From Clostridia bacterium (GTDB lineage Bacteria > Bacillota > Clostridia > UBA1381): a stretch of DNA of 64,000 nucleotides. Made by a program: the position numbers and the translations under genes. The stretch is taken from contig CAADTH010000045.1 of the NCBI GenBank assembly GCA_900751885.1, positions 92,836 to 156,835 on the forward strand, in the 5' to 3' direction. Positions 31,856 through 39,874 of the stretch are shown in pieces (within the stretch, counting starts at the first letter, position 1; each line of letters opens with the position of its first letter). Under the pieces are notes generated by a model. That model worked only from the letters and a program-made list of their open reading frames with translations, was not told where the DNA came from and ran no database searches.

Positions 31856-32995
31856 TCATTGATTTTTTAAGTATAAAACCGCGCTCGCTGCCTGATAAGG
31901 ACGGGATAACATTCCTTTTGCAAGTTTTCCTCCGAGCACATCCGGATTTTTCTCCTCAAACAACCCGACAAGCCACACAGTGAGGGTTTTCTCATCCAGC
32001 TTGAGGTTTCCCTTGAGCACCGTCTCCACACTCAAGTCTTGTTTCATCCGTTGGTACGCCTGCTTTGCCGCTTCATATGCCTTTAAAATTCCACCAATCA
32101 GGCGGTCTATCTCGTAGACTGCCAAACGCTCGATGCCAAAGACATCTGCGGCAGTCTCAATCTGCTGCATCATTTTTTTGGAATACTTTTGCCGCTTTTT
32201 GTGATAATCGCCAACGTTGAAATAATACGTTTCGCCGCATAGTCTGCCAAACGCGCGGAAGCAGTCATAGTATCCCGCTTTCATGTTTTTCAAAATATTT
32301 TCCTGATTGAACTCCAGAACTCCGACTATTTTTTCGCTACAGCGAATCGAAAAGACATTGATTCCCGTCGTGTCCACCGGCTTTGTGATGCCAACGCCGC
32401 CGACATCCACCACAATCAGCGTGTCCGCGCCGCGCGCAAGAAGCATATCAGCCGGAATATTATTGCCCATACCGCCGTCCAGAAGAAGTTTATTCTCCAC
32501 CTTTTTGGATTGAAAGACTGGAAGACAGCTTCCTGCCAACAGATAGTCGATGAGCATTCCCTGGGGAATATCCTCCTTAAATAGCTCCAATTCTTTGAAT
32601 TCATTCAGGGAAAAGGTGGTGAGTCCATATTCTATCGGGGAATTTCTGATTTTCTCTTCATCAATCACCTCGCAGAGGAGCTCTCGAAACGGGGTGATAT
32701 CCAGCCCCCAATTTTTCTTAATTTCTCCTGTCAGCTCCAAAAGGCTTTTGATTTCAAACACATCTGTGACCGTGCTGTTCTCCAACCGGATGATATCTCC
32801 AATTGTGATGGTCTCCCAAAGCTTTTGCGCGGTATCAAGCTCTCCCTGTGCAAACAGCGCGCCGTTGACCGAGCCAATGGACGTGCCAACCACGCAGTCT
32901 ACCTGTATCCCCATCTCCAAAAGCGCCTTCCACACTCCAACTTGATAGGATCCTTTTACACCGCCGCCTGCAAATACCAATCCTGTCTTTGACAT
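31856..32995 (-). CDS. Patatin-like phospholipase
   Basis: 379 aa. GGGVKGS oxyanion motif, GTSIGS nucleophile elbow, and DGG catalytic Asp motif (LLLDGGMGNN). Confidence 0.85.
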   Translation of the reverse strand: MSKTGLVFAGGGVKGSYQVGVWKALLEMGIQVDCVVGTSIGSVNGALFAQGELDTAQKLWETITIGDIIRLENSTVTDVFEIKSLLELTGEIKKNWGLDITPFRELLCEVIDEEKIRNSPIEYGLTTFSLNEFKELELFKEDIPQGMLIDYLLAGSCLPVFQSKKVENKLLLDGGMGNNIPADMLLARGADTLIVVDVGGVGITKPVDTTGINVFSIRCSEKIVGVLEFNQENILKNMKAGYYDCFRAFGRLCGETYYFNVGDYHKKRQKYSKKMMQQIETAADVFGIERLAVYEIDRLIGGILKAYEAAKQAYQRMKQDLSVETVLKGNLKLDEKTLTVWLVGLFEEKNPDVLGGKLAKGMLSRPYQAASAVLYLKNQ

Positions 32996-33398
32996 ACTTT
33001 CCTCCCTTCTAAAACAATGCGTCTCAAATTTACAAATAAATCGTCTTCTTTATATTGTAATTCTAATTTATTGGGGTATTTCCTCTTTTTCTGATTAAAT
33101 TCTCTGCAAACTGTTTCTCTTCTGTATACAGGCAAAAGAAGAAACACCTTTATTATATCACGTTTTCCTGATTTTGAATAATTGTTTAAACGCAAACCCG
33201 CAAAAAAATAAAGTGCCATTGGTGATACGCCACCAGCTTCAGACACTTTAAGGTATTGTTATGAGAACAACAGGCATAGTCGTCTCCTGTAATGGATTGA
33301 ATTCATTTTATATTCGATGTCATACAGAAGAGTCGAAAAAGCATAATTATTAGATACGACCATACTACAACAGCAAGAAAATTCCCATGAAATAAAAA

Positions 33399-33432
33399 GG
33401 AATGAGTCCGGTATCATACCGAACTCATTGCC
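33399..33432 (-). terminator. Putative intrinsic terminator about 85 nt after the glycoside hydrolase stop
   Basis: ggaatgagtccggtat / ataccgaactcattgcc stem. The minus-strand reading is followed by CTTTTTATTT. Confidence 0.45.
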
Positions 33433-33516
33433 TAGTCAGTTAATATTTATTTTTATGTGATCTTTAGAGTTCATTTCATATATTAGCCTGCCCCTTTTAG
33501 AGAGAGGAGTTTTATC

Positions 33517-36500
33517 CTATTGCATCTCTTCGTTTGTATATATGCGGCTCATTGGCTTCATATCATCCAACGAATTCCAGACAAAAAGCTTTAATTCCTT
33601 GTTGTTATCCACAATATACCCATGGAAATCAATATCCCCCTCAGCGGATACAGTGAATACATTTGCCTTTTCCATTGTTCCACTACTGTATACCGCCGCA
33701 ATCAGCATTACCGTGCCCATATTGTCCTGACCGCTGTACGCAAGCGACGCTTGCAGTGTACCATCCTCAGCTACTGTAATATCCTTTAAGGTCACCGGCA
33801 TATCATCGACAGGCGGTGGAGCAACCGTGATGTCCTCCGATTCATAATACATGCCGGAAATATATGAGCCTTTATTATAGGTATAAATTGCATAGGTATG
33901 ACCGGCTGTCACATCAAATGATTCTATCCTCGCCTCAGTGTTCGTGAAATCGCTTCCGATTTGAACCTGACCAATATCCTGATCCCCTGACTTCTTTTTC
34001 AGAATTGATGTGTCGGCAGTATCAAACGCAGTATTTTCACCATAATCGTAATACCACAGCCTTCCTTTCCCACTTGTCGTCGCGCCGGCAAATCCAATTT
34101 TTAAGCTCAATTTCCCTGAGTATGCAGGCGTTACCAGCACATATCGGTTGCTATCTTGTGCACTGTCTGTTTCCTTACAGCTTGAATCGCTGAAATAAAT
34201 CCCACTTTCAGCTGTCACACTGTCGCCCATGCCTGTCGCAACTCTGACTGACGCGTAATCGTCACTGTAATCATACGCGCCCTTGCCCTGTGCCTGTTCA
34301 GGAGTACCAAAGCTCCATGTATATTTTCCTGTTTCAGCAGTTCCGCTCACGGCTTCGATAACAGGCGCCTTTGGAATCGCTTCTGTCACCGTCAGTTTTA
34401 CGCATTCGTATGCGTTCATATCGATACGGATGCCTTCCCCATTCTCGGTATATGGTTTATCCGCTTCCTTTACCCAGGTATCTCCGTCATAATATCCTGT
34501 TTCAATGGCTGTGATGCCGTATTCCTTGATATCATCAACAGCAAATTCAGACTCAGATGTACTTAAAAGCACCATCTCTTTCTCACTTTTCTCCATCGCA
34601 ATACCAACGCCGTTATTGCTTGTATGATAAGTAACGTCAAGCGCTCTCACTTGCTTGGTTGAATTTTCGGTATTGTCCGATATCGGATTGAAAAACAGCA
34701 ATGTATTTCCACCCGCACCGTCTGATTTTTTCGATGCAAGGTCATACTTGACCTTATTGAGCATATTGTTTGTCGCCTTTAATGACTCGACAACATTCAC
34801 TCCGTCCTTGATTCTCTCTTTTACCTCACCTGTATGACCTGGATCTGTATAGATGCCGAAGTCCTCCTTGCCAGAGAGAAGCTCATAAATATTAAACACT
34901 CCGCCGCCTGCGATACAAGCAATAATGGAATTTGCAACGCCCGCGTTATTTCCTCCGTATTCCATTACCATCGGAACATTAGATCCCTGTCCGTAATTGC
35001 AGGTATGGTTTTTATATGTACTGCTTTCATGACCGAAGCTATAAAGATATTCATTGCTTGAGCCACTGTTTACCGAGTATGGATCTAATCCCACCATATC
35101 CAGGTCTGTTCCCTCTGATACACGCTTTTCCTCATTATAAGCGATTACATTTGCGTCCGTTCCCATATAGTTATTGACTCTTGTCCATACAGAATAATTC
35201 GATTCCTTTACTGCCGAGCTTAAATTGTTGAGATAGTCCCACATTGTTTCCTGATAATACGCATACAATGCCCGTGCCTCTGTTGTGGTATTTTCCACGC
35301 ATTCATTGTATTTTTTCACACAATTATCACAATAACAGCGTGTAAAATACTTGTTTTCGTCCGTTCCGCTGTGTAATCTTGCCACAGCAGGCTCGTTTGC
35401 CACCTGACAGCCCACTACTGTATTTTTGCTGCCATTATCTCTGTTATACTCTGCAATATGGTCAAATACCGCTTCCAGTACCTCTTTTTCCTTGGCTCGT
35501 AAATCCAAATCGTTTTTACACATAATAAACGAGTTGAGCGCACCCATATTTCTCGCCGGAGTGCCGTCTGATTTGAGCGATTTCTGATAGTTGTTGTGCA
35601 CGTAATACGGCACACGTCCCTCATGGCTGACCTGACAGGTATCTGTCGCAAACCACAAAACTTCAAACTTCAAACCGTATTTCTCTGCATATCCGATGAT
35701 TTTGTCGAGATACGTCCAATCATACACATCATCACGCGACAATCTCAAAAGTGGCGCTGAATCAGCTGTCGTATCAGCCGCACCTGCAATTGTAACAGTG
35801 CTTTCGCTGTCACACAATACCGCAAAGCTAACGTAATCGTCATTTTTATGCTGATTTACAAAATCGGTAACGTCAAAGCCGAAATAGCCTGCCGCTGTAA
35901 CCTCGTCCCAACCAAGTGAGGTTATTTTATAGTCTGGGTTTGTAATTTCATAGCCGTTATGCGATGCGGTATTGTCCCATGTCATGGTTTCACCGCTCCA
36001 TGTATGATCGGATATTCCGTATATCGACAAGCCTGTGCCCGCCGTCACATCTGTGACGCGCAGTCTTAACTTTACCGCCGCATATTCGCCGCCGTCTGTC
36101 AATTCTGGCAGTGCGAATTTTATATAGGAAATACTTTGATTGTCCAAAGCATTCTCATCATATGCAGAATACATGACCGTTTTATCGCCCGAAAGCGCAG
36201 TTGACGAATTGCTTCCACCCTTTATATATCCTGTATCTGCCGCAGCTACATACGTATCCGGCTGGACATCATGCCATCTAATCTGTGAGTTGACCACGGT
36301 AAAGCCATTATCCGCCGCCTTTTGATACATGTCCTCTATCTGTGCGTCAGTATACCCCTTTTGATCCTTTGCATTGTCAGGTCTTACCTGAATCCCGTTA
36401 TAGAAAAACGGTTCGCCGTCTACCGTCATTGTGAGCTTGTCATATGTGTCAAAGCTTGTGTCGACCTTGCTTATCAGGGCTTCCTTTTTAAATTCCGCAC

Positions 36501-37821
36501 TGACTACTACATCACCCGTTGGCATAACAAAGGAATTGCTGTACTTAAACTCCTCTGTATCCGCTCCGCAGGTATAGGAAAGCGTTTTAATTCTGTAACC
36601 CTCATCTGCTTTTACCGAAAACGTAACCTTGTCACCCTCAACCGCTTTTATTGTACCATTCTCGTCAATCGTTCCTCCTGAAACCGCTATCGTCCCGTTT
36701 TCAACAGAGGCAGGAATCGTGATAGAATGATACGGCTTCTCTGTAAATTCAGCTGAAACCGTTGTATCGGCATTGATTACAAAGCTGTATTGGTTATTCT
36801 TGTCAACCTCGACCACGTTCCCTGCTACCGTAAGGCTGGACAGCTTATATTTATCCGCCGGCGTCGCCGTAAGCACAACCGTACTTCCTTTTTTGATTCT
36901 GGTGTTGTCCGATTGATTGGTTGTAACCGTTCCATTTTGCGTGTCATTGATTGTAACCGCACATATGCTGTCATTTGCCTCAACCGTCGCCGTCGCGGCA
37001 TCACTTTCCTTATCCTCTCCCGCTTTTGCTGTGACAGAAATTATATCACCTATATTCAGCGATACGTCCGGTAAGGACCATTCGTTTCCTGTTACAGTCG
37101 CCGTTCTCGCTTCACCACCGTTGATTGCTACAGATACCACCGCGCCATCTATGCATGTGCCCAAAATCTCTGTATCCGTTGCAAGAACAGGTGTTTGAAT
37201 GGTTGGCGCTGCCGTCTTTCCAACAATGCTGTCCGATGTATAGGAGAGCTGGGATATCGAGCAGGTACTGCTGTTATATGTGTATAAACCATAAGCATGA
37301 CCGGCTTCCATTTCCATTGTTCCTATGGCCGCGCCGGATGATGTCGCTCCGATTATAACCGTTCCGTTCCCTTTATACAGTTTTGTTAAATCTATCGTTT
37401 CAAAGCTTTCTGCCTGCCCCAAATCACAAGAATATACCCTGCATGTCCGACTGCCCCCAGCGCTTGCAAACGCGGCTGTGATAGAAAGGGTGCCGGAATA
37501 CGTCGGCTTCAGCAGAATATAACGTCCTGTAGTCGTAACATTGTCACCGCTGCCTTCACCACAGGCTGCGCCGCTGTAAAAAATTCCGTCAGATGCAGTA
37601 ATTCTGTCGCTCGATGCAATCGAAACTCTCACTGCGCCATATTCATCGCTGTAATCATATATTCCGTTTCCTGACACGTCCTCGTTGCCTAATACCCATG
37701 TGTACTTACCGGCATCCGCCTTTCCTGCAATCGGTTGCAAGTCCTCGGCAAAAGCAATCACAACATTTAGATTCACAATCGCAAGTATGACCGCTGTTAA
37801 GATACTGACCGCTCTTTTCAT
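33517..37821 (-). CDS. Large secreted multidomain glycoside hydrolase (clan GH-A TIM-barrel core) with Ig-like/B-repeat domains and duplicated terminal domains
   Basis: Start set at MKRAVSILTAVILAIVNLNVVIAFA (signal peptide, RBS GAGAGGTG). The core carries CQVANEP (acid/base NEP) and PMVMEYGG (candidate nucleophile). Two repeats of about 80 aa (TINDTQNGTVTT... / TIPASVENGTIAV...) and a homologous GKYTW... domain at both ends. Confidence 0.7.
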   Translation of the reverse strand: MKRAVSILTAVILAIVNLNVVIAFAEDLQPIAGKADAGKYTWVLGNEDVSGNGIYDYSDEYGAVRVSIASSDRITASDGIFYSGAACGEGSGDNVTTTGRYILLKPTYSGTLSITAAFASAGGSRTCRVYSCDLGQAESFETIDLTKLYKGNGTVIIGATSSGAAIGTMEMEAGHAYGLYTYNSSTCSISQLSYTSDSIVGKTAAPTIQTPVLATDTEILGTCIDGAVVSVAINGGEARTATVTGNEWSLPDVSLNIGDIISVTAKAGEDKESDAATATVEANDSICAVTINDTQNGTVTTNQSDNTRIKKGSTVVLTATPADKYKLSSLTVAGNVVEVDKNNQYSFVINADTTVSAEFTEKPYHSITIPASVENGTIAVSGGTIDENGTIKAVEGDKVTFSVKADEGYRIKTLSYTCGADTEEFKYSNSFVMPTGDVVVSAEFKKEALISKVDTSFDTYDKLTMTVDGEPFFYNGIQVRPDNAKDQKGYTDAQIEDMYQKAADNGFTVVNSQIRWHDVQPDTYVAAADTGYIKGGSNSSTALSGDKTVMYSAYDENALDNQSISYIKFALPELTDGGEYAAVKLRLRVTDVTAGTGLSIYGISDHTWSGETMTWDNTASHNGYEITNPDYKITSLGWDEVTAAGYFGFDVTDFVNQHKNDDYVSFAVLCDSESTVTIAGAADTTADSAPLLRLSRDDVYDWTYLDKIIGYAEKYGLKFEVLWFATDTCQVSHEGRVPYYVHNNYQKSLKSDGTPARNMGALNSFIMCKNDLDLRAKEKEVLEAVFDHIAEYNRDNGSKNTVVGCQVANEPAVARLHSGTDENKYFTRCYCDNCVKKYNECVENTTTEARALYAYYQETMWDYLNNLSSAVKESNYSVWTRVNNYMGTDANVIAYNEEKRVSEGTDLDMVGLDPYSVNSGSSNEYLYSFGHESSTYKNHTCNYGQGSNVPMVMEYGGNNAGVANSIIACIAGGGVFNIYELLSGKEDFGIYTDPGHTGEVKERIKDGVNVVESLKATNNMLNKVKYDLASKKSDGAGGNTLLFFNPISDNTENSTKQVRALDVTYHTSNNGVGIAMEKSEKEMVLLSTSESEFAVDDIKEYGITAIETGYYDGDTWVKEADKPYTENGEGIRIDMNAYECVKLTVTEAIPKAPVIEAVSGTAETGKYTWSFGTPEQAQGKGAYDYSDDYASVRVATGMGDSVTAESGIYFSDSSCKETDSAQDSNRYVLVTPAYSGKLSLKIGFAGATTSGKGRLWYYDYGENTAFDTADTSILKKKSGDQDIGQVQIGSDFTNTEARIESFDVTAGHTYAIYTYNKGSYISGMYYESEDITVAPPPVDDMPVTLKDITVAEDGTLQASLAYSGQDNMGTVMLIAAVYSSGTMEKANVFTVSAEGDIDFHGYIVDNNKELKLFVWNSLDDMKPMSRIYTNEEMQ

Positions 37822-37921
37822 TGTTCCGCACCTCTCATAAACAAGATTTATACCATTATTATAAATCATACAAGGGGCTATAACAAGACACATTTCCGAC
37901 ATATTTGCTCCAAAAACGACA

Positions 37922-38791
37922 TCAGCGGTAATGGTGCCTTGCGCGGTACTCACGCATAGAAAGTCCGGTATGTTTTTTGAAAATCTGCTGTAAATATTTG
38001 AGTGTAATATGGAATATCATCGGAATGTGTTCAATGGGTCTGTCTGTATTCTGTAAGATATCCTTTGTGATTTCTACTCTCAAATGATTAATATACTGCG
38101 TAATCGTCATACCTGTCTCCTGCTTGAATACGCGTCCGAGATAATCAGCTGTCACAAACCTATGGTTTGCTATCTCGCTTGGCTTCGGATTCGAATATAT
38201 GGTACTGCGTATCTGTCGTATCGTCTGATCGACAAGGGTGTTTTTGCTGAATAGTTGCTCCTGTCTGATATTGTACCGCCTGAAAATGATGGGAAGAAGG
38301 GAAAGAAACTGTCCGAAAAGCGCGCTGTTTCTCGCCGGAGCAGTCTCATAATATTCATTCGTCATCCTGACAATGTAATTTCGTATTTCATTCATCGCAT
38401 TATCCGCTACTTTGATATAGCCTTGCGTGGTATTATGAAAAAACGACTCCAATTCCACAAAGTCCTCCGCATATCCCTCCCACACTCCCTGCAAAAAATC
38501 TCTTTCAAATAAAATAAAATGAATCTCAAAGTTATAATTTTCCTCATGGGTATTGTGTGAAATGAATTCAATTTTCACTCCTGGGTTGGCTATAAAAATA
38601 TCCTTGGGGCAAGCATCAAATTTTCGATTGTTCATGATAACACTGCCCTCTCCATACGCGATATATGCGATAATAATATAGGTTCTTTCCGCAGGGCATA
38701 CGTATCTTTTCACCCATTTATGCTCTATATATAAATTCATCTCATCTTTGAAAATTTTCGATTCCATAAAAGCATTTACCTCACAAATCAT
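37922..38791 (-). CDS. AraC/XylS family transcriptional regulator
   Basis: 289 aa. N-terminal cupin-like sensor and C-terminal double HTH (ADYLGRVFKQETGMTITQYINHLRV ... KYLQQIFKKHTGLSMREYR). Confidence 0.85.
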   Translation of the reverse strand: MICEVNAFMESKIFKDEMNLYIEHKWVKRYVCPAERTYIIIAYIAYGEGSVIMNNRKFDACPKDIFIANPGVKIEFISHNTHEENYNFEIHFILFERDFLQGVWEGYAEDFVELESFFHNTTQGYIKVADNAMNEIRNYIVRMTNEYYETAPARNSALFGQFLSLLPIIFRRYNIRQEQLFSKNTLVDQTIRQIRSTIYSNPKPSEIANHRFVTADYLGRVFKQETGMTITQYINHLRVEITKDILQNTDRPIEHIPMIFHITLKYLQQIFKKHTGLSMREYRARHHYR

Positions 38792-38910
38792 TGTTATTAC
38801 CTCTATCTGTGTCTATCCGACTCATTTGTAAATCTGCATGAATGGACATTTACCGCATAATTTGACAGCAAATCACACGGGACAGCGGGCGAATATGTTT
38901 TTATTGTATG

Positions 38911-38944
38911 CCAAAAAAGCACATCCATCTACAAAGATGTGCTT
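38911..38944 (-). terminator. Intrinsic terminator at the trailer end of the CRISPR array
   Basis: Minus strand: AAGCACATC-loop-GATGTGCTT followed by TTTTTT. Confidence 0.55.
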
Positions 38945-38947
38945 CTC

Positions 38948-39110
38948 TTTCCAACTCACACACCCATACGGGTGCGACCAGCTATGCTTACGGTTTTACC
39001 AAGGGCATAGAATTTCAACTCACGCGCCCATACGGGTGCGACCTTCGATTTCCAACATCTCAAAAAACAGCGCGTAGTCATTTCAACTCACGCACCCATA
39101 CGGGTGCGAC
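38948..39110 (-). CRISPR. Orphan mini-CRISPR array (3 repeats, 2 spacers); repeat resembles subtype I-C
   Basis: Repeats at 38948-38978, 39012-39042 and 39080-39110, with spacers of 33 and 37 nt. The minus-strand repeat is GTCGCACCCGTATGGGTGCGTGAGTTGAAAT with an internal GCACCC/GGGTGC palindrome. The copy at the low-coordinate end is degenerate. Confidence 0.7.
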
Positions 39111-39223
39111 GGCAAAAACAGAGAAATCTTTTCCATCTTCTCTATTTTCATTGGTTATATTATACTATACTGTCCGATATTTTTCAAGCGGCTTACCTTT
39201 ATTTATATAAAATTTTATAAAGC

Positions 39224-39253
39224 AAAAGAACCGCATAACCATGCGGTTCTTTT
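39224..39253. terminator. Bidirectional intrinsic terminator following tRNA-Ala
   Basis: aaaagaaccgcat-aacc-atgcggttctttt. Confidence 0.6.
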
Positions 39254-39259
39254 CGTTTA

Positions 39260-39335
39260 TGGTGGAGATGAGGGGATTCGAACCCCTGACCTCTTACATG
39301 CGAAGCAAGCGCTCTCCCAACTGAGCCACACCCCC
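39260..39335 (-). tRNA. tRNA-Ala (anticodon CGC), CCA encoded
   Basis: Minus strand GGGGGTGTGGCTCAGTTGGGAGAGCGCTTGCTTCGCATGTAAGAGGTCAGGGGTTCGAATCCCCTCATCTCCACCA. Cloverleaf folds, G3:U70 Ala identity pair is present, anticodon loop TTCGCAT. Confidence 0.9.
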
Positions 39336-39444
39336 ATATAAACTGAAATTTATTATATCACTTTCTTTTTTTCTTGTAAAGTATTTTCGCGAAAAATCAA
39401 ATTATTTTCGCCGAAAACACCATACTAAGATTGGAGGTATTTAT

Positions 39445-39771
39445 ATGAATGCTCTACACACAATCTTATCCTATCTGGCGGAAAGTGCCATTTTACTTTT
39501 TGAATTTGTAGGTGTCATCATCATTATTGTTTCCGGAATTTATGGCGTCATCAACTATATCCAAAGAAATCCTTTGACACGTCTTACGCTTGCCCGCGGA
39601 ATGGCAATGGCATTGGAGTTTAAATTAGGAAGTGAGATACTTCGCACGGTATTGATTCGTGATTTGTCCGAAATTTTAAATGTTGCGGCAATCATTGCAC
39701 TGCGCGGCGCCCTTGCGTTTTTGATTCACTGGGAAATCAAAACACATCAGGCGGACTCACACATAAAATAA
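39445..39771 (+). CDS. DUF1622 family small membrane protein
   Basis: 108 aa, 2-3 TM helices. ARGMAMALEFKLGSEILRTV is the conserved DUF1622 core. RBS GGAGG. Confidence 0.7.
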   Translation: MNALHTILSYLAESAILLFEFVGVIIIIVSGIYGVINYIQRNPLTRLTLARGMAMALEFKLGSEILRTVLIRDLSEILNVAAIIALRGALAFLIHWEIKTHQADSHIK

Positions 39772-39814
39772 CCTATTTTCTTTCTTTTTTCCACATCAAT
39801 ATACAAATTATGGA

Positions 39815-39843
39815 TTGAATTGTCAGATTTAAAATGATATACT
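39815..39843 (+). promoter_or_regulatory. Candidate sigma-70 promoter for mcrBC
   Basis: TTGAAT, 17-nt spacer, then TATACT with an upstream TGa extended -10. Lies about 30 nt before the mcrB ATG. Confidence 0.4.
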
Positions 39844-39874
39844 AAAAGAAAATTGTATGGAATGATGTGAGTGT

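Noticed and set aside
31856-32995. Patatin-like lipase as a possible CBASS CapV-type effector
   Set aside because: No CD-NTase or cyclase, and no other defence gene, is adjacent. It sits in GC-normal core context next to the division cluster, so I treat it as a housekeeping-type lipase.
32956-33356. 96-aa minus ORF overlapping the patatin start, and a 31-codon plus ORF at 33261-33356
   Set aside because: There is no recognisable domain. The first overlaps a well-supported start region. The second has only a marginal RBS. Neither can be supported from sequence alone.
37822-37953. N-terminal 44-codon extension of the giant hydrolase ORF
   Set aside because: The extension overlaps the araC stop, has no RBS, and is not signal-peptide-like. 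The internal MKRAVSILTAV... start has a strong RBS and a signal peptide.
38838-39210. Two overlapping plus-strand ORFs (79 and 100 aa) containing repeated THPYGCD peptides
   Set aside because: The repeated peptide is only the translation of the CRISPR repeat. There is no RBS and no coding signal.
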